A stretch of 61,625 nucleotides of DNA, counting the filler, from Sphacelaria rigidula (taxonomy: Eukaryota), in the NCBI GenBank assembly GCA_964200075.2. It is 10 parts of 10 records of this genome, joined end to end, with 100 filler letters (N's around TTAATTAATTAA, not from the genome) between each part and the next. Parts side by side here need not be neighbours in the genome. Positions count along the whole stretch, not along the records: positions 18,520 to 24,592 come from CAXNAA020022421.1; positions 24,693 to 30,765 come from CAXNAA020022422.1; positions 30,866 to 36,937 come from CAXNAA020022423.1; 7 more parts are not named here. The stretch is one strand, 5' to 3'. The notes beneath the pieces are model-generated. The model saw nothing but the letters and a program-made list of their open reading frames with translations, ran no database searches and was not told the DNA's origin. Below are positions 24,527 through 36,700 of the stretch, piece by piece. Position 1 is the first letter of the stretch. Every line of letters begins with the position of its first letter. The position numbers were made by a program, and so were the translations under genes.

Positions 24527-27069
24527 ACGAGCTGGGCCAGCCTAGAGGCTGCGTGAACATTTGCAGGCGGATGCGCCGGCCAATATTTGGAGNNNNNNNN
24601 NNNNNNNNNNNNNNNNNNNNNNNNNNNNNNNNNNNNTTAATTAATTAANNNNNNNNNNNNNNNNNNNNNNNNNNNNNNNNNNNNNNNNNNNNAGATCATC
24701 AGCCCCTAACGACATCTCGTGTGCGCCCTTATGGCGAAGCAAAGTTTGGTCTAGTGTGTAAACGGCGCTGGGGATGTTCGACCTTGCTGTCAGGAAAGCC
24801 CCGCAAATGTCGAAGGGCACAAACATATTCAGGACTGGCGAGCGCTGCTAGTCTCGCCGCGTCTCGAACGAAAAATACAAGACGAGAATACAAGTCGATC
24901 TCGTCCCGTATTATTTTTTAAAATACAAGCCAGGAGGGCTCATCTCGTAAAATGTCCCCCGTCTCGTATTTTTTTCCCGAAAATCTTGTGAAATAACCAA
25001 CCATGAGTAGTCATCTTGTATTTTTCTCTCATTATTCGCAAATAACGAGGGGAAATAACCAACCGGAAAACACGGCACCTTAATATATACTATATTATAT
25101 ATAACCAAATATATATATATATTATATTGGTATATATGAATATTTATCAAGGGGCAGTATATACTATATTATATGGTTATATATTAATATCTATGCTGTA
25201 TAATATATATGATACTTAGATTAGAAATATATATATATATATGTAAAGGAGCAGAAGCAAACATACACCCCACCCCGCAAAGCTCGCCAAAATTTTCGGA
25301 TTTTGTCAATGTTTATTAATCAATTTCTTGCAACAGTCAATACAAAATATAAAAAATCAGGATAATTCTAGTAGTCGAAAAAATGCCCGCCGGCATCTGA
25401 GGTCATCGGGACAGAACGGGCAAGGAGCAGAAGCAGATAAATGCACCCCACGAAGCCCAAAAGACTGTTCGGTTTTTGTCAGCGTTTATGGATCAATTTC
25501 TTGTAAAAAGATCAACAGAAAAAATCAAATTAGTGTTTATCGATCAATTCCTTGCGACAAACTCACCAAGAAAAAATTGAAAAAATCATGACTATTTTCG
25601 AAAAAATGCCCTCTAGAAGGGGAGGGGGGGGGGCTACGTGTCCGAAAAAATTCTCCGCGCTGCCCCCTGCATGCTGGTGTAATAACATCGATGATTCCAG
25701 TCTCTCGAGAGTTTGGTAATCGCCGAGCGAGGACACACAAAGGACTCGGGCGAGGACCTTCCTCTCTGTCGTTGCTTCTCTATCTGGTGATATCGTCATC
25801 GACACGCGTGCACACCGCATTCGTTAGGTGCACCTAGCCACAGCTGCTTAACTGCTGCGGACATTTGGGGGGGACGATGGTTTCGCTCAGTCTTAAGTGT
25901 TTCGCGTCTTCCCTGCAAAAGAGAAACGCCACTTCAACCTCATTTTTTGGATGAACCCCATTTTCTAGGATCCACTGTTACTTTCGTATGGACGACCTCA
26001 TGCCCCCCGACCTCCCTGAAACAATTTTGAGGGGTTTCCCGCCTCTCCATTTACCCAAAGGGTACACGGGTGGCCGCTGGTACACGTTATCCGCATTTTG
26101 GAGCGCCCCTAGCCTATCGAAAAGTTGAACAGCAGGCATACTACAGTATGTAAAACGGTTTACAGAACGCATGCCCCAGGGAATGGGAGGGTTTACAACG
26201 GTTACACGAGTCGATAAAGCAGCATACGATCACAGCCAACGATGTTTTCGTGAGATGGAGAGTAGAGTGCTGATCGAGAGTGGCTTTGATCATTCGCTTT
26301 AACTCAGCCATTTTTTCACTCCCTGTGTGATTTTCTTTGCCCTCATCACTGGCGTGTGCTTACAGCTACAGGTCGATATCCTACTCAGGGATATCAAGGG
26401 CCCAGTCGCAAGCTACCACAAAGCATATTGGGCCACGTGGAGGGGCATTTCGGAACTGAAACGGGCCAGTCACTAAGTGACCGCTTTTCACCCTCAATCA
26501 TATCCTCTACTCTCAATCTCACGAGAACATTAAGCCTATTCACACTGTACGTACGCCGTTCAACTCATCATCGAGAATGCGCTTGACGTGTATGCCAGCG
26601 GCCACCTGCGTATGTATGTGCAAAAGCGTTTTTCAGCCCGAAAATGGTGCTTTCGCAGCTACCCTTCGGGGAAACTGCAGCCATTAACAATAGAAAGACA
26701 ACTTATTGCAAGAATCATTGCGGTATATTTCAGGCGTCAAACAGTTTCAGGCCACTGGGTGACCACAACTATGAATCTGTAGCAATGGAGGGGGTGACAG
26801 GCTGCGCGGGGGGGGGGGTGCGCGAGACGGCACATACCGGCAGTGAAAGCTGCTGTACAGGAGTTAGTGGTCCACACCGCTCTTCATTTCGTTGTGCGCT
26901 CGTCGTGCTGTTTCGGGGGGCGAAGTAAGACGCCCGGTGTTTTCATATTCTTCGATTCAATTTACTGTGACCGTCACATCTTATTTGCGCTCGTTGATCC
27001 CCTCCCCCAATATCGTCCATGATTCCGCACACGCACACGCGTGCACACACACACACACACACACACACA

Positions 27070-27133
27070 GCACGGAACTGTCGCACACGGAACTCTTGCA
27101 CACGGAACTCTCGAACACGGAACTCTCGAACAC
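27070..27133. repeat. 15-bp tandem repeat CACGGAACTCTCGAA (about 4 units) after a (CA)n run
   Basis: Read directly from the sequence. Confidence 0.9.
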
Positions 27134-28635
27134 GTATCGGTCAATTCATCGGCATCCCGAGTTTCTCAAAAGAGAAAACACTTATTACAGTTGGGTATCG
27201 GTGGGGCTTGAGGCACGACCAAAATGAAAATACCGTACACACAAATAATCAAAACGAATAATCCGGTAAGGTGGTGGGCGTGTGAGGGCTGCATACCTGC
27301 CTCCTTTCGATTACAAAAAAAACGCAAAATATGACTCCGATGTGCTTGCGGTGAAGCATTATTACTCGATTGCAAAGAGGGGAGAGGGGAGGGGGGGGGA
27401 GGCCATTGATACTTCAACACTCTTTACATCATATCGCGCCATACAATACTTTCTCAAATTACGGTGCGTTTTTCTCCTGAAAAAAAGAAAAGGAAAAGAA
27501 ACGAAAGAAAGTGGCTTTCAAAGGAGGTGGTCGGCCGAACACCTCCGCAGGAAAACGCTCAGTACCACGGGACTCTCTCCAGCAAAAAAAATAGAGAACA
27601 TCATTCTGTCAGAATGTCATGTTCCAGCTGCGAATATGCATATACGTATATGTATATATTCACGTTCGTGCACGTCCAACAACAATATCATAGCTCATCC
27701 CCGCACCAAGACCTGCTTTTTTTCACATGTCGGTGCGAGAGTTGTAAAAAGAGCGAGGGTCATGATCCAAAACCATACCCGTCCTCCTGCCCCCTAACTC
27801 ACGACAAGGGGGCACGGGCAGTCATCCCACTCGAACACCTAATTTGTATTCGAATCCTATCGCTCACCGCTATTTCACTATCTAGTTCTAAGTATGCAGG
27901 TCTAGGACAATTGGACAAAGAGTTGACGTAGGGAAGTCGCAACGAAAAGATCTTCCCGACAAAAACGCGTTACTAACTCCAAATCCCTCACCGCACACGC
28001 ACAAACACGCACGCACATGCCTTCAGCAGCTCACAAACCGAAATGTAATATTCCGATTAATATTTCCAGTTTTTTTATACACGGATAACGTCGGAAACAT
28101 CGATCCATCTATCCACCCACCGATGAATGGACTAGTGAAAGTAGGTCGGTCCATAACGCAAACACGCACGCACACAATACATACCAAAAAATCAGAAGGA
28201 AACACGCCTGACAACTCGAACGGAACAAGCGGACACGAAAGTTTCGGGATGGAAAGAGTGCAGCCATCAATAAAAGCAAAACTGCCACAGAGTCACGAAC
28301 GAGGATCACCGATAGACGAGACAAAGCTGCACTGCTGATTCACACAGCGCCAGTAGCGCACAAGCCAACAACCCCCTGACAACCGCAACAGCAACAACGA
28401 GGAAAAAAGACAAGAATGAGCACAAGAAGAAACGAACAGCAATACTCTGCCCCTCCCCTCCAGTAGGGATGCGAGGCCAATCGTCATATGACTACGGCAT
28501 GCAAGATCTCTAGTACACCCTGCCCTCCGCGCGCCCACCCCATCATCACCAACAAGCACCACCGCCCCCCCCACCCCCCCCCCACACACCCCCCCACCAA
28601 ACCCCAAACCACACAAACAACACCCAACAAANNNN

Positions 28636-28676
<41 letters not shown>

Positions 28677-28680
28677 CAAG

Positions 28681-28714
<34 letters not shown>

Positions 28715-28780
28715 AAACAGTAGAAATTGAACGAAACGATCGGACTTCGATTGATTAGGAAAACATGCACGTAACGTCTT

Positions 28781-29920
28781 CTACAACTCAAGCCCCAGCA
28801 ATGACTTCAGTAAGCGTCGGGTTTCAACAGCATCCGTCGCCGCCGACACCGACGCTGCTGCTGCTGCCGCCTGCCTCCCCCCGCCTTCCTGCGCAACGTC
28901 CCTCCCGCGTACTCCCTCGTTACCATCAATGTTGCACTCTGCATGGCGCAACCCCGTTCGCATAGTCACATCCTTATTCCGCACACCCACAAGGTCTGCT
29001 GCCAGGTTTACACCTGATCCCGTCGTTGCTTGCATCCCTACTAATGCAGCGGTGATACCACCGCCGCCGCCGCCATCGCCGCTATGATGATCGTCTCCGC
29101 TGGTATCGAGTCCGAGCATCTCCTTCAGCATCTTGCGGGCGCCCGCTGCAGCGTAGCCAACCTCCGGGCTCTCGGGTCCCAGAGTAGGCGGCTGGGGCGG
29201 ACGGCCGCCCGAAGAGTCGCCGCCGATCGCAGCCGCTGCCGCCGCGGGGATGACACTCTCCACGCAACCAAGGCTTCCACCGTCATTGTCTATCATCGTT
29301 GGCGTCGACGTCGGCGCCTTCGTCGTCACTGTTGTTGTTGCTTGTCGGTTTGGCTCGGCCCCGTCGTGCGCACACGAGTGATCCGCACTCCCATCATCGT
29401 GCCACGGCAGCAAGGTTGATCGTACTTCTTCTCCCGCTCCCCTTTCTCCTGCTCCCAATTGCGCTCCGAGCACCGCCGCCACCTGCGGTAGCAACGGACT
29501 GCCAACAGGGGCGGCAAAATCTTCCAATCCTTTCGCGCGAGCCCCGGCGACATGCAACACCTCACCAGCAGCATCGCGACTGTGCACGTAACTATCATTG
29601 CTATCGCTTTCAAAGTCTTCGTCGCCATCAGTATCCCGCTCTTGCTCGTGCTCCCCCTCTTCCTCCTGTTCCTCCTCCTCCGATGACGACGACAGCGACG
29701 CGAAGAGTGTCGTTTGCTGATACGACGGTCCGACGGGCGACGGCGTCGTCGGGGTGACGGGTGAAGACTGCGGTGGGGTGGAGGCGGGACTGGCCTCCGG
29801 ACGACGGTCGAAGTCCACCGCCACGAGGGTCATCTTCCGCAAGTTGCGCTTGTGCACTGAAACGCGCGCGGCGGAGCCCACCGCGGCGCGGAAGGCTTTC
29901 AGATTAAAGTTTGTCGGCAC
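28781..29920 (-). CDS. Terminal exon (379 codons): short folded segment then a long acidic/low-complexity tail; possibly the C-terminus of a TGS1-like RNA cap methyltransferase
   Basis: CAG acceptor immediately upstream (29923-29921) in CA-rich intron context, long GC-rich open frame to a stop. VPTNFNLKAF...RKMTLVAVDF weakly resembles the K-x-P-x-N end of TGS1-type methyltransferases; the product call is tentative. Confidence 0.7.
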   Translation of the reverse strand: MPTNFNLKAFRAAVGSAARVSVHKRNLRKMTLVAVDFDRRPEASPASTPPQSSPVTPTTPSPVGPSYQQTTLFASLSSSSEEEEQEEEGEHEQERDTDGDEDFESDSNDSYVHSRDAAGEVLHVAGARAKGLEDFAAPVGSPLLPQVAAVLGAQLGAGERGAGEEVRSTLLPWHDDGSADHSCAHDGAEPNRQATTTVTTKAPTSTPTMIDNDGGSLGCVESVIPAAAAAAIGGDSSGGRPPQPPTLGPESPEVGYAAAGARKMLKEMLGLDTSGDDHHSGDGGGGGGITAALVGMQATTGSGVNLAADLVGVRNKDVTMRTGLRHAECNIDGNEGVRGRDVAQEGGGRQAAAAAASVSAATDAVETRRLLKSLLGLEL

Positions 29921-30010
29921 CTGAATTTCGCGTATGTGTGTGTGTTTGTGTCGCGAGGGAGACGGTCATGCCGCGGAGAAAAGGGAAGGGACGGCGGGAA
30001 CAGGGGGAAC

Positions 30011-30210
30011 GGGGTGTACTCACGATCTTGCATGCCGTAGTCACAAGACCATCGATCGCGCATCCCTACGAAGCCGGGACGGGAGGACGCCGGCTTTTCG
30101 CCGGACCATGCTCGCAATCAATCACCAAGCGCGAGGCGCCGTGACGTGTACGGCGAGGCCCATGAGGGGTGACCTGCATCCTGCTGAGCTTGTTCGGCCC
30201 GAAAAGTACT
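30011..30210 (+). repeat. Dispersed repeat family A, ~200-bp copy
   Basis: Homologous to 56341-56537 over its length. Partial copies at 3124-3223, 28463-28520, 36907-36937 and 55383-55453. Confidence 0.85.
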
Positions 30211-30216
30211 AATTAT

Positions 30217-30690
30217 CAGGGGTGTGTACGGAGGACAATCCGCTCCGCGGTGCGGATTTTATTTTTTCGAAACCTCACGGAGCGGAGCGGATATCCGTAT
30301 GTGTGGAAAATCACGGATTATGATGGTCCGGATATCCGCCACTGAAAATGTCACGGATTATTGCGGAGCGGATATCCGCCAACGAAAATGGCACGGTGCG
30401 GTGCGGTGCGGTGCGGTGCGGTGCGGATTTTTTTAATATGGTACGGAGCGGAGCGGATATCCGTCAGTGGGAAACTCACGGGTTTTCACGGGGCGGATAT
30501 CCGCCAATGAGAATGTCACGGATTATTGCGGAGCGGATATCCGTGGCATGGACTTTTTCACGGGGCGAATTGCCCCCCTCCGTGCAACAATCAGCACATA
30601 CCGCGACAATTCCCCGCGGTGCACCGTAGCAGTAGTCCGTGAAACAAATACGGTTATCCGCGAAAAATGTATGGATATTCGCGGGTTAAT
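30217..30690 (+). mobile_element. Probable hAT-like element end: CAGGGGTG terminus plus a subterminal array of CGGATATCCG palindromes
   Basis: Six CGGATATCCG copies, a ~166-bp higher-order duplication and a (GCGGT)n run. The other end is not on this contig. Confidence 0.5.
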
Positions 30691-30880
30691 ACCAAGAAGT
30701 ACGAAAGTAGTTGTTTTGCTTTGATTTCCACTTGCTGGACAGGGGCGGGGGGGGGGGGGGGGGGGNNNNNNNNNNNNNNNNNNNNNNNNNNNNNNNNNNN
30801 NNNNNNNNNTTAATTAATTAANNNNNNNNNNNNNNNNNNNNNNNNNNNNNNNNNNNNNNNNNNNNTTCTAGCTGGTTTTG

Positions 30881-30984
30881 GGGGGGGCGTACTCACTTGT
30901 TGCTTGCCTTAGACGGTTGACGATTGACCACGCATCCCTTTCGAGACGGAGCAGTTTTGGGGGGGGGGTATCGTAGAAAGTGTC
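30881..30984 (+). repeat. Dispersed repeat family B (GGGGCGTACTCA-TTGTTGCTTGCC)
   Basis: Related pieces at 37061-37086, 43063-43109, 43210-43244 and 43277-43322 (reverse). Confidence 0.7.
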
Positions 30985-31289
30985 AACGGTACAAAACTAG
31001 GGTAGAACGAAGTTTGGGATATTGTCGAAGGGCGTTCGTAGTGTACCGTGTAGACTGGCGGGGGTACTGGAAAGCGTAAAAATCATATCGAAGTATTGGG
31101 CGGTCGAAGTCTTGCACTGTTCATTCACCTGCACGCTTTTTTTTTTTTTGGCCATCATTCGCTCATACTCCTTGTAGCCTGTAACGTAACGCTACCCATC
31201 TAACTGATGGCCATCGTTCGCCCATGTATTCAACATAGTCTGTGAAGTGACGTCACGAAGTCGCCGACAGTCACGGATACTCACCATAC

Positions 31290-31690
31290 CCAGGTAAAAC
31301 TCTATACTAGAGTATTACGGAGGGTGCCTACTCAATATTTGAGTAAAGTATTGGAGATCGTACTCGATCTACTCAAAATTTCAGTATAGGATATGAGGCC
31401 GTACTCGACCTACTCAAAATTTTAGTAGAGTATTGAGGCTATACTCAAGTGATACTCTATCCTCAAGTATTACAGTACTGAGAGTGCTTACTCAATATTT
31501 GAGTAGAGTATTTGAGGTCGTACTCGATCAACTCAAAATTTGAGTAGAGTATTTGAGGCCGTACTCGACCTAGTCAAAATTTGAGTAGAGTATGTGAGGC
31601 CGTACTCGACCTACTCAAACTTTGCGTAGAGTAAATACTCAAGGATTTTCCTCGAATACTGAAAATTACATACTCTACTCGACCTGCCCT
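31290..31690. repeat. ~41-bp tandem array with palindromic CTACTCAAAATTTGAGTAG core, probably a DNA-transposon subterminal region
   Basis: About eight degenerate units, ending TACTCGACCTGCCCT. Confidence 0.8.
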
Positions 31691-31822
31691 TGGACGATTT
31701 CCCGTGTATCCCTCGCTTATGCCCAGCCCGTGACTCCAAGTGAAATACAGTAGGATCGGGATTATGATCCAAAACACACGAAACACTATGTGTCATCCAC
31801 GGAAGTTGTTCATCGCATGAGG

Positions 31823-32007
31823 TAATAATCAGTTTTCAGATATCAGTAAAATGCCGTTAAATCATGAAAAAAAAAAAGGTGAGTGCTTCCGTTTTTTTTC
31901 TTTATGCCCTATTCATTTTCCATACCAAAAGTTAGGGTCCAACTCTAAATATTAGCCGGCGAATGAGCCTGAAAACTACAAATTCGTCTCTAGGCTGACC
32001 CAGCTCG
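31823..32007 (-). repeat. Second copy of the GAG-terminal dispersed repeat
   Basis: Homologous to 12500-12686. Confidence 0.65.
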
Positions 32008-32799
32008 CATGTATCATCCATGAAACTTGTCCACCGGTTGAGGTACAACGCACGTCGCATCATTGCCGGTAACGCTCGCGTCTCACTCCTTGCAGACCTG
32101 GCGAGTAAGAGTGCCTGCCCCAATAGTGTGGTCCTCAGATAGCTGGGTCGCAACCTGCCTCAATATTTTTTGGTTTTCCTGGTACTGCCTCCTTGCCTGG
32201 AGTCATGATCCACGCAGCACAGAGCCCGCCCGTGTTTTTCCTTCCTTTCGCCAGCGGTACTAGGTGTTATTATGGCGTTTTTTTTTGTCTCTTCTCATCG
32301 TTTGTTTTGTTTCAGTTCATTCGTCTTTGTTCATCCTCGCCTTCTTGTTCATATTTTCTATTTCCCATGCTTCCTTCAGCAAGACTTTTCGGGTATCAGA
32401 GGCCTTGAATATCTCTGTCTTGTTTGTGTTCCATGACCACGGCTAGATCATGACTCGTATCGCATCAGTTCATGTGCGACAAACGATCGACCGATTCGAT
32501 CAACTCAGCAGTCTATCTCACTGTCTACCATCATGACCCTTGAATACCTGTTGTATTTTATTTTTATTTTTAGCTGTCTATCTCACTGCCTTTCCGCCAT
32601 AACCCTTGAAAACATGTTGTAATTTTATTGATTCTTTTTGCACACTTTTGGTTTTGTGTCGGCGCCTTTCTGTCATGCCAACGGACACCCCGCCCGCCCG
32701 CCCGCCCGCCTCTTCACATCCTCTCCACCCGCGCTCCCCTCTACAGTGCCTGCCTTGTGTCATCTCGCTCCTCAAGCATGCACCCCGGCCGTGGAACAG

Positions 32800-33794
32800 G
32801 TGGTGCCTCCAAAACTTGGGAGGTAGATGGGGTGGTTCGAATTTTGTTCGCCAACCTGGCGGCGTTCGCGAGCGCCGGGCTTGGAGTGTTGTCTGGCCTG
32901 GACGGTACCGTAAAGGTGCTGTTCTTGCTTGGCTCGCTGGTGGCTGCGATAATTGAAGTTGTCGTGCTGTCTGGTCTAGAGGTGAGATCCGCCGGTTTTA
33001 TTTGATAGCGTGATGTCGATTGATTCCATAGGTCGTCGTACATCGCTCCTCCGCCCTGAATTCAACCGTGGGTCAGTCGACGAGATGAACTTTTTGTAGG
33101 TGGGAAAAGAGAGGTATGCGTACGTGTTGTATGTGGTTTGCACGTCGCTTCTGCCCGCTCCTCCATGAAGCGGAGAAAGGGAGAGCTCGGGTTCTTTGCA
33201 GAGATCAACCGAGCAGCCCGAATTGCACACTACAGTATACTACCAGTACACGTCCGAAAAACGGACCAAAAAACACCCCGCACATCGCTGACCAGCGTCC
33301 TGTCCCCCGTGACACTACCCCTCCATTTGCGAAACACAAAAGCAACACAACATGTGTTTTTCAAATCAGCAAAAACACGCACAGACACACGCACCCACAG
33401 AAACGCGCGAAAAAAACCCCGCCCGAACAGGCCACGCCGTCCTCGACACATGTGGACATATCGGAGGGGGGGAACTTCGTGGCACCCTTCTTCCCCTGGG
33501 TGCAGGGCGGCGCGCTATGGGTGAACTGGTTCCTGGTGTGTCAACTGCCTGGCAGCGGCTTGGTGGCTCTGGGCTCGTATATTGCCTTCGCTGTCGTGCA
33601 CTACATATGCTACGGGGCGAGATACAGCGTGGGCAACTGGTCGGGGTGGTCGGCGGTGTCGCTGTCCTCGAGCGTTGACGGGCTGTTGACCACTAGCCAC
33701 AGCCGCAGCCACTCCTTTCACCTTGCTACGATCATGAACCTGGAGGGGCTTCCCGGCGTGACGGTCGAAGGTGGCGTGGAAGCTCCGCTCCTAG
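32800..33794 (+). CDS. Cationic amino acid transporter (APC superfamily, CAT type), C-terminal exons 32800-32981 and 33431-33794
   Basis: Phase-compatible exons encode four hydrophobic helices and the AA_permease_C-like motif FVAPFFPWVQGGALWVNWFLVCQL...VHYICYGARYS. Confidence 0.8.
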
Positions 33795-36700
33795 GTGTGT
33801 TGCGTGTAGTGTGTGTTATGCGGTGTGCGGTGTGTGTTTGTCTACGTGTGTGTGTTTGAATTTTGATACGAGGTGGTTTAAGCTTGTTCTGGGAAAATGT
33901 GCTGTTGAGAAATATTTCAAGTTCTTTTTCCCCCTTTACCGGCTTCCAGGGGTCCCGGCGTGAAGACCTCCGGAGTCCGGTACAGAATGCCTCGAAATAA
34001 AGATAATCAAATTGTGTGTCCTGGGATCGTCCGAGGAACATTTGAAGAAGGTGTCGTTGCAAAACTCGGAAACCTGATGCAGTGCTTCTTGCTTTGACGT
34101 TAAGCCTACCCGAAAGAGACGTATACTTAAACCAAGTAGTTGATAGTTTGTACATTTACAAACGTCTCCTTCCTTGCACAAGACCGCAAATATTCACGCT
34201 GACTCCTGGAGTTAGACTCTGAAAAATTGCACACACAAACTGTGGGACATCAAAAACGTGATATGAATGGGTCCTCCTATTTATCATTTTTTGCCGGTTA
34301 TCGGGGGACTCCAAAGGGCATGTGACTCCCCAGCACCCTGGGACCCCCGATAACTGGCGAGAAGAAGAACCATTGGGAGAACCCATCCATCATTTTTTTT
34401 TTGTCATGTCCCATACGGTATCCCGTAGTATATGTGTGCAATTTTTCATAGACCACTTCTAAGAATCGACGTGGATATTTGCGGTTTGAGTGAATTCTTG
34501 GTGATCAGCGTAACACAAGCGAATCAAAAGTGTGCATTATCGTGTTCGTAAGTCTCGAGATATGTCCCGAGCTTTCTAAGGTGGCTGGAACGGAGTACAG
34601 CGAAAGTATAGATGTCGACGCTTCAGGCGCTCTGGAATGCTCGGTGTTTTCGGCATTTGATGTGGCCGGCGCTTTCGATTCTTCTGTTTTTGAGAGAGGT
34701 GGCGCTGCGGGTACTTCTCGAAGTGCCCAGCACTGGCAGTACTTCTCCGGTAGACACTGTGTGCGGGTCATCACCTCCTATCTTACTCACCGTTGGGAGG
34801 AAGTTTTATACGCGTACCTTGTTCTGTTTCGACAACTATAACGGGTGTATCCCTGTGGGTGTGTTGTATCTCTGCATCGAACGATTCACTGATCGGTACA
34901 TGACTATGACAGTACATACGGTGGAGTGATTGGATATATGGATATATGGATAGACCGGTTGGTTGATTAGCTCGTCCCGCACATTCGGCCTACTAGAAAC
35001 CCCGCCGGTGTCACACCAGATAGACATACACATATACATGATACTGCTTCCTCGAGGCGGGTTTTATGCGAGTTCTCCGTCAAGAGCCCATGGTTGACAC
35101 TCACGTGTGATCACTGAGTCTCAACTCTAACCCTCAACTTAGCGGAGATTCTCGGGTTGAAGGCCCTTGTTAACGGACTTCATTCTTCACAATTTTCAGT
35201 CATTTTCGTCCATAATTTTCATCAATAATGGTGAAAATGGATGAAAAGTCAAGTTGATTAATAAGGGCCCGAGGAGGGGGTGCCGAGGGCGACCTATGCA
35301 AAGCGTAGATAGGCAGAAAGAAGCCCCAGTAGGCGTCGATGTGAGCAATTAATGCGTGCTGCACACACACTGGAGAGTGCGTGTTTTTGTTATCCTTCCG
35401 AAGCTTCAACCATGTTTCAACCGCGAAAAATTCACCACGGATTCCCCGCAAACTCTCTTGTTTCCCTTGGGACTACGTGGCTTCCAACGAAGACTAGATG
35501 GCAGCGCCGGCGTCGGCACAGGAGCCAACAGCCCCAGTCCTGGGGGGGGGTATGGGCGGTATGGTATTGATCACACCCCCGCTGCGGATATTGTGTCGTC
35601 TGATCGACGTCCATCGGCTTCCGGCATGGGTTCGGCGGGCGCGGGCTCCCACATCCTGCGTCGACGGCCAACGGACGGTGCTCACTGAAGTGTGCTTGCT
35701 TTGATGGGGTTGTTGGCAGGGGGCAGAAGGCATGCGTGAGCTAGAGGCTTCTTGTACAGGCCATGCAAAACTGTGATTTCGTCGGCTACCTTCCCCATGA
35801 AAAAATGATTCGGATCCTTGTTCGTATCGCTGCTTTCGTCTTACCTGCTCCTTGTCGTGTAGTGAGGGGTAGATTGCAGCCGAGACGAAGGCCCGAAGTG
35901 CACCTTGTAAGTCGCTTGATGGAGTCGGGTACGTGGATTTCAGTCCCAGATTAGGTACTCCCCAGACGAACACGGTGTGTTTCTTAAAAAGCGTGATTCG
36001 AGCATAAAAACTCGATTGCTGGGATAGTGACAACTGCGCATCAAACATTAGTAAGACGCGGGAATACCGTGGTTGCTGCAGTAAGACTGGCCGTCGTGGA
36101 CCCAGTGAATGTGCTCTAGTTGTGGAGGCTAGGTTCGTGGATGGATGTAGTGTGGAGCACACCGCAGTTGCTCGAATAGTCCTAGAGGGAGTGACCCAAC
36201 CTCTCATGGGGACGTGGCAGCTAGCGAGCCCCTGGTTGTGGCGAATGACATCTTGTAGATGTCATCTGGGGGCCCAGAATCGCGGAACCCCAGGAACGTG
36301 AGGAACGCTCTCTCCACAAATCTACGATTTTAACAGGGGGCGGCGGACGGACGGTGAACCGCGGGACCGTGAAACTTATTTGAAGGCGACTTTTGTTGTG
36401 CTGTACTGTGTTATTGAAGGGATTCAGAGCTCACAGAAAACAAAGACGGCTATCGTTCTTTGCTGGTTGGTTGACAAGTATGACAACAACGTTCAAAATA
36501 CGGACGGCAGAGACGGCCGGCGGGCTTTCGTGTGATGTTGATTGCGGTGGATGCCGATGCTACTGCGGGATGTGTGGGCACTGGTGCTTTTGAAAGGGTG
36601 TACTGGTGCTTTTGAAAGGGTGTATGTACTCACGAGAGGGTGTAGTGTATCATGAGGTGGTTTCGAGTTGTGGGTGTTGTTCATGTGTGCTATGGTTTTG

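Noticed and set aside
28540..28712. Poly-Pro/poly-Gly ORFs and long C or G runs (also ~8140-8235 and ~58060-58240)
   Set aside because: Low-quality homopolymer sequence around N gaps.
35494..36207. 237-aa minus-strand ORF
   Set aside because: No recognisable domain or splice context; probably repeat-derived intronic sequence.
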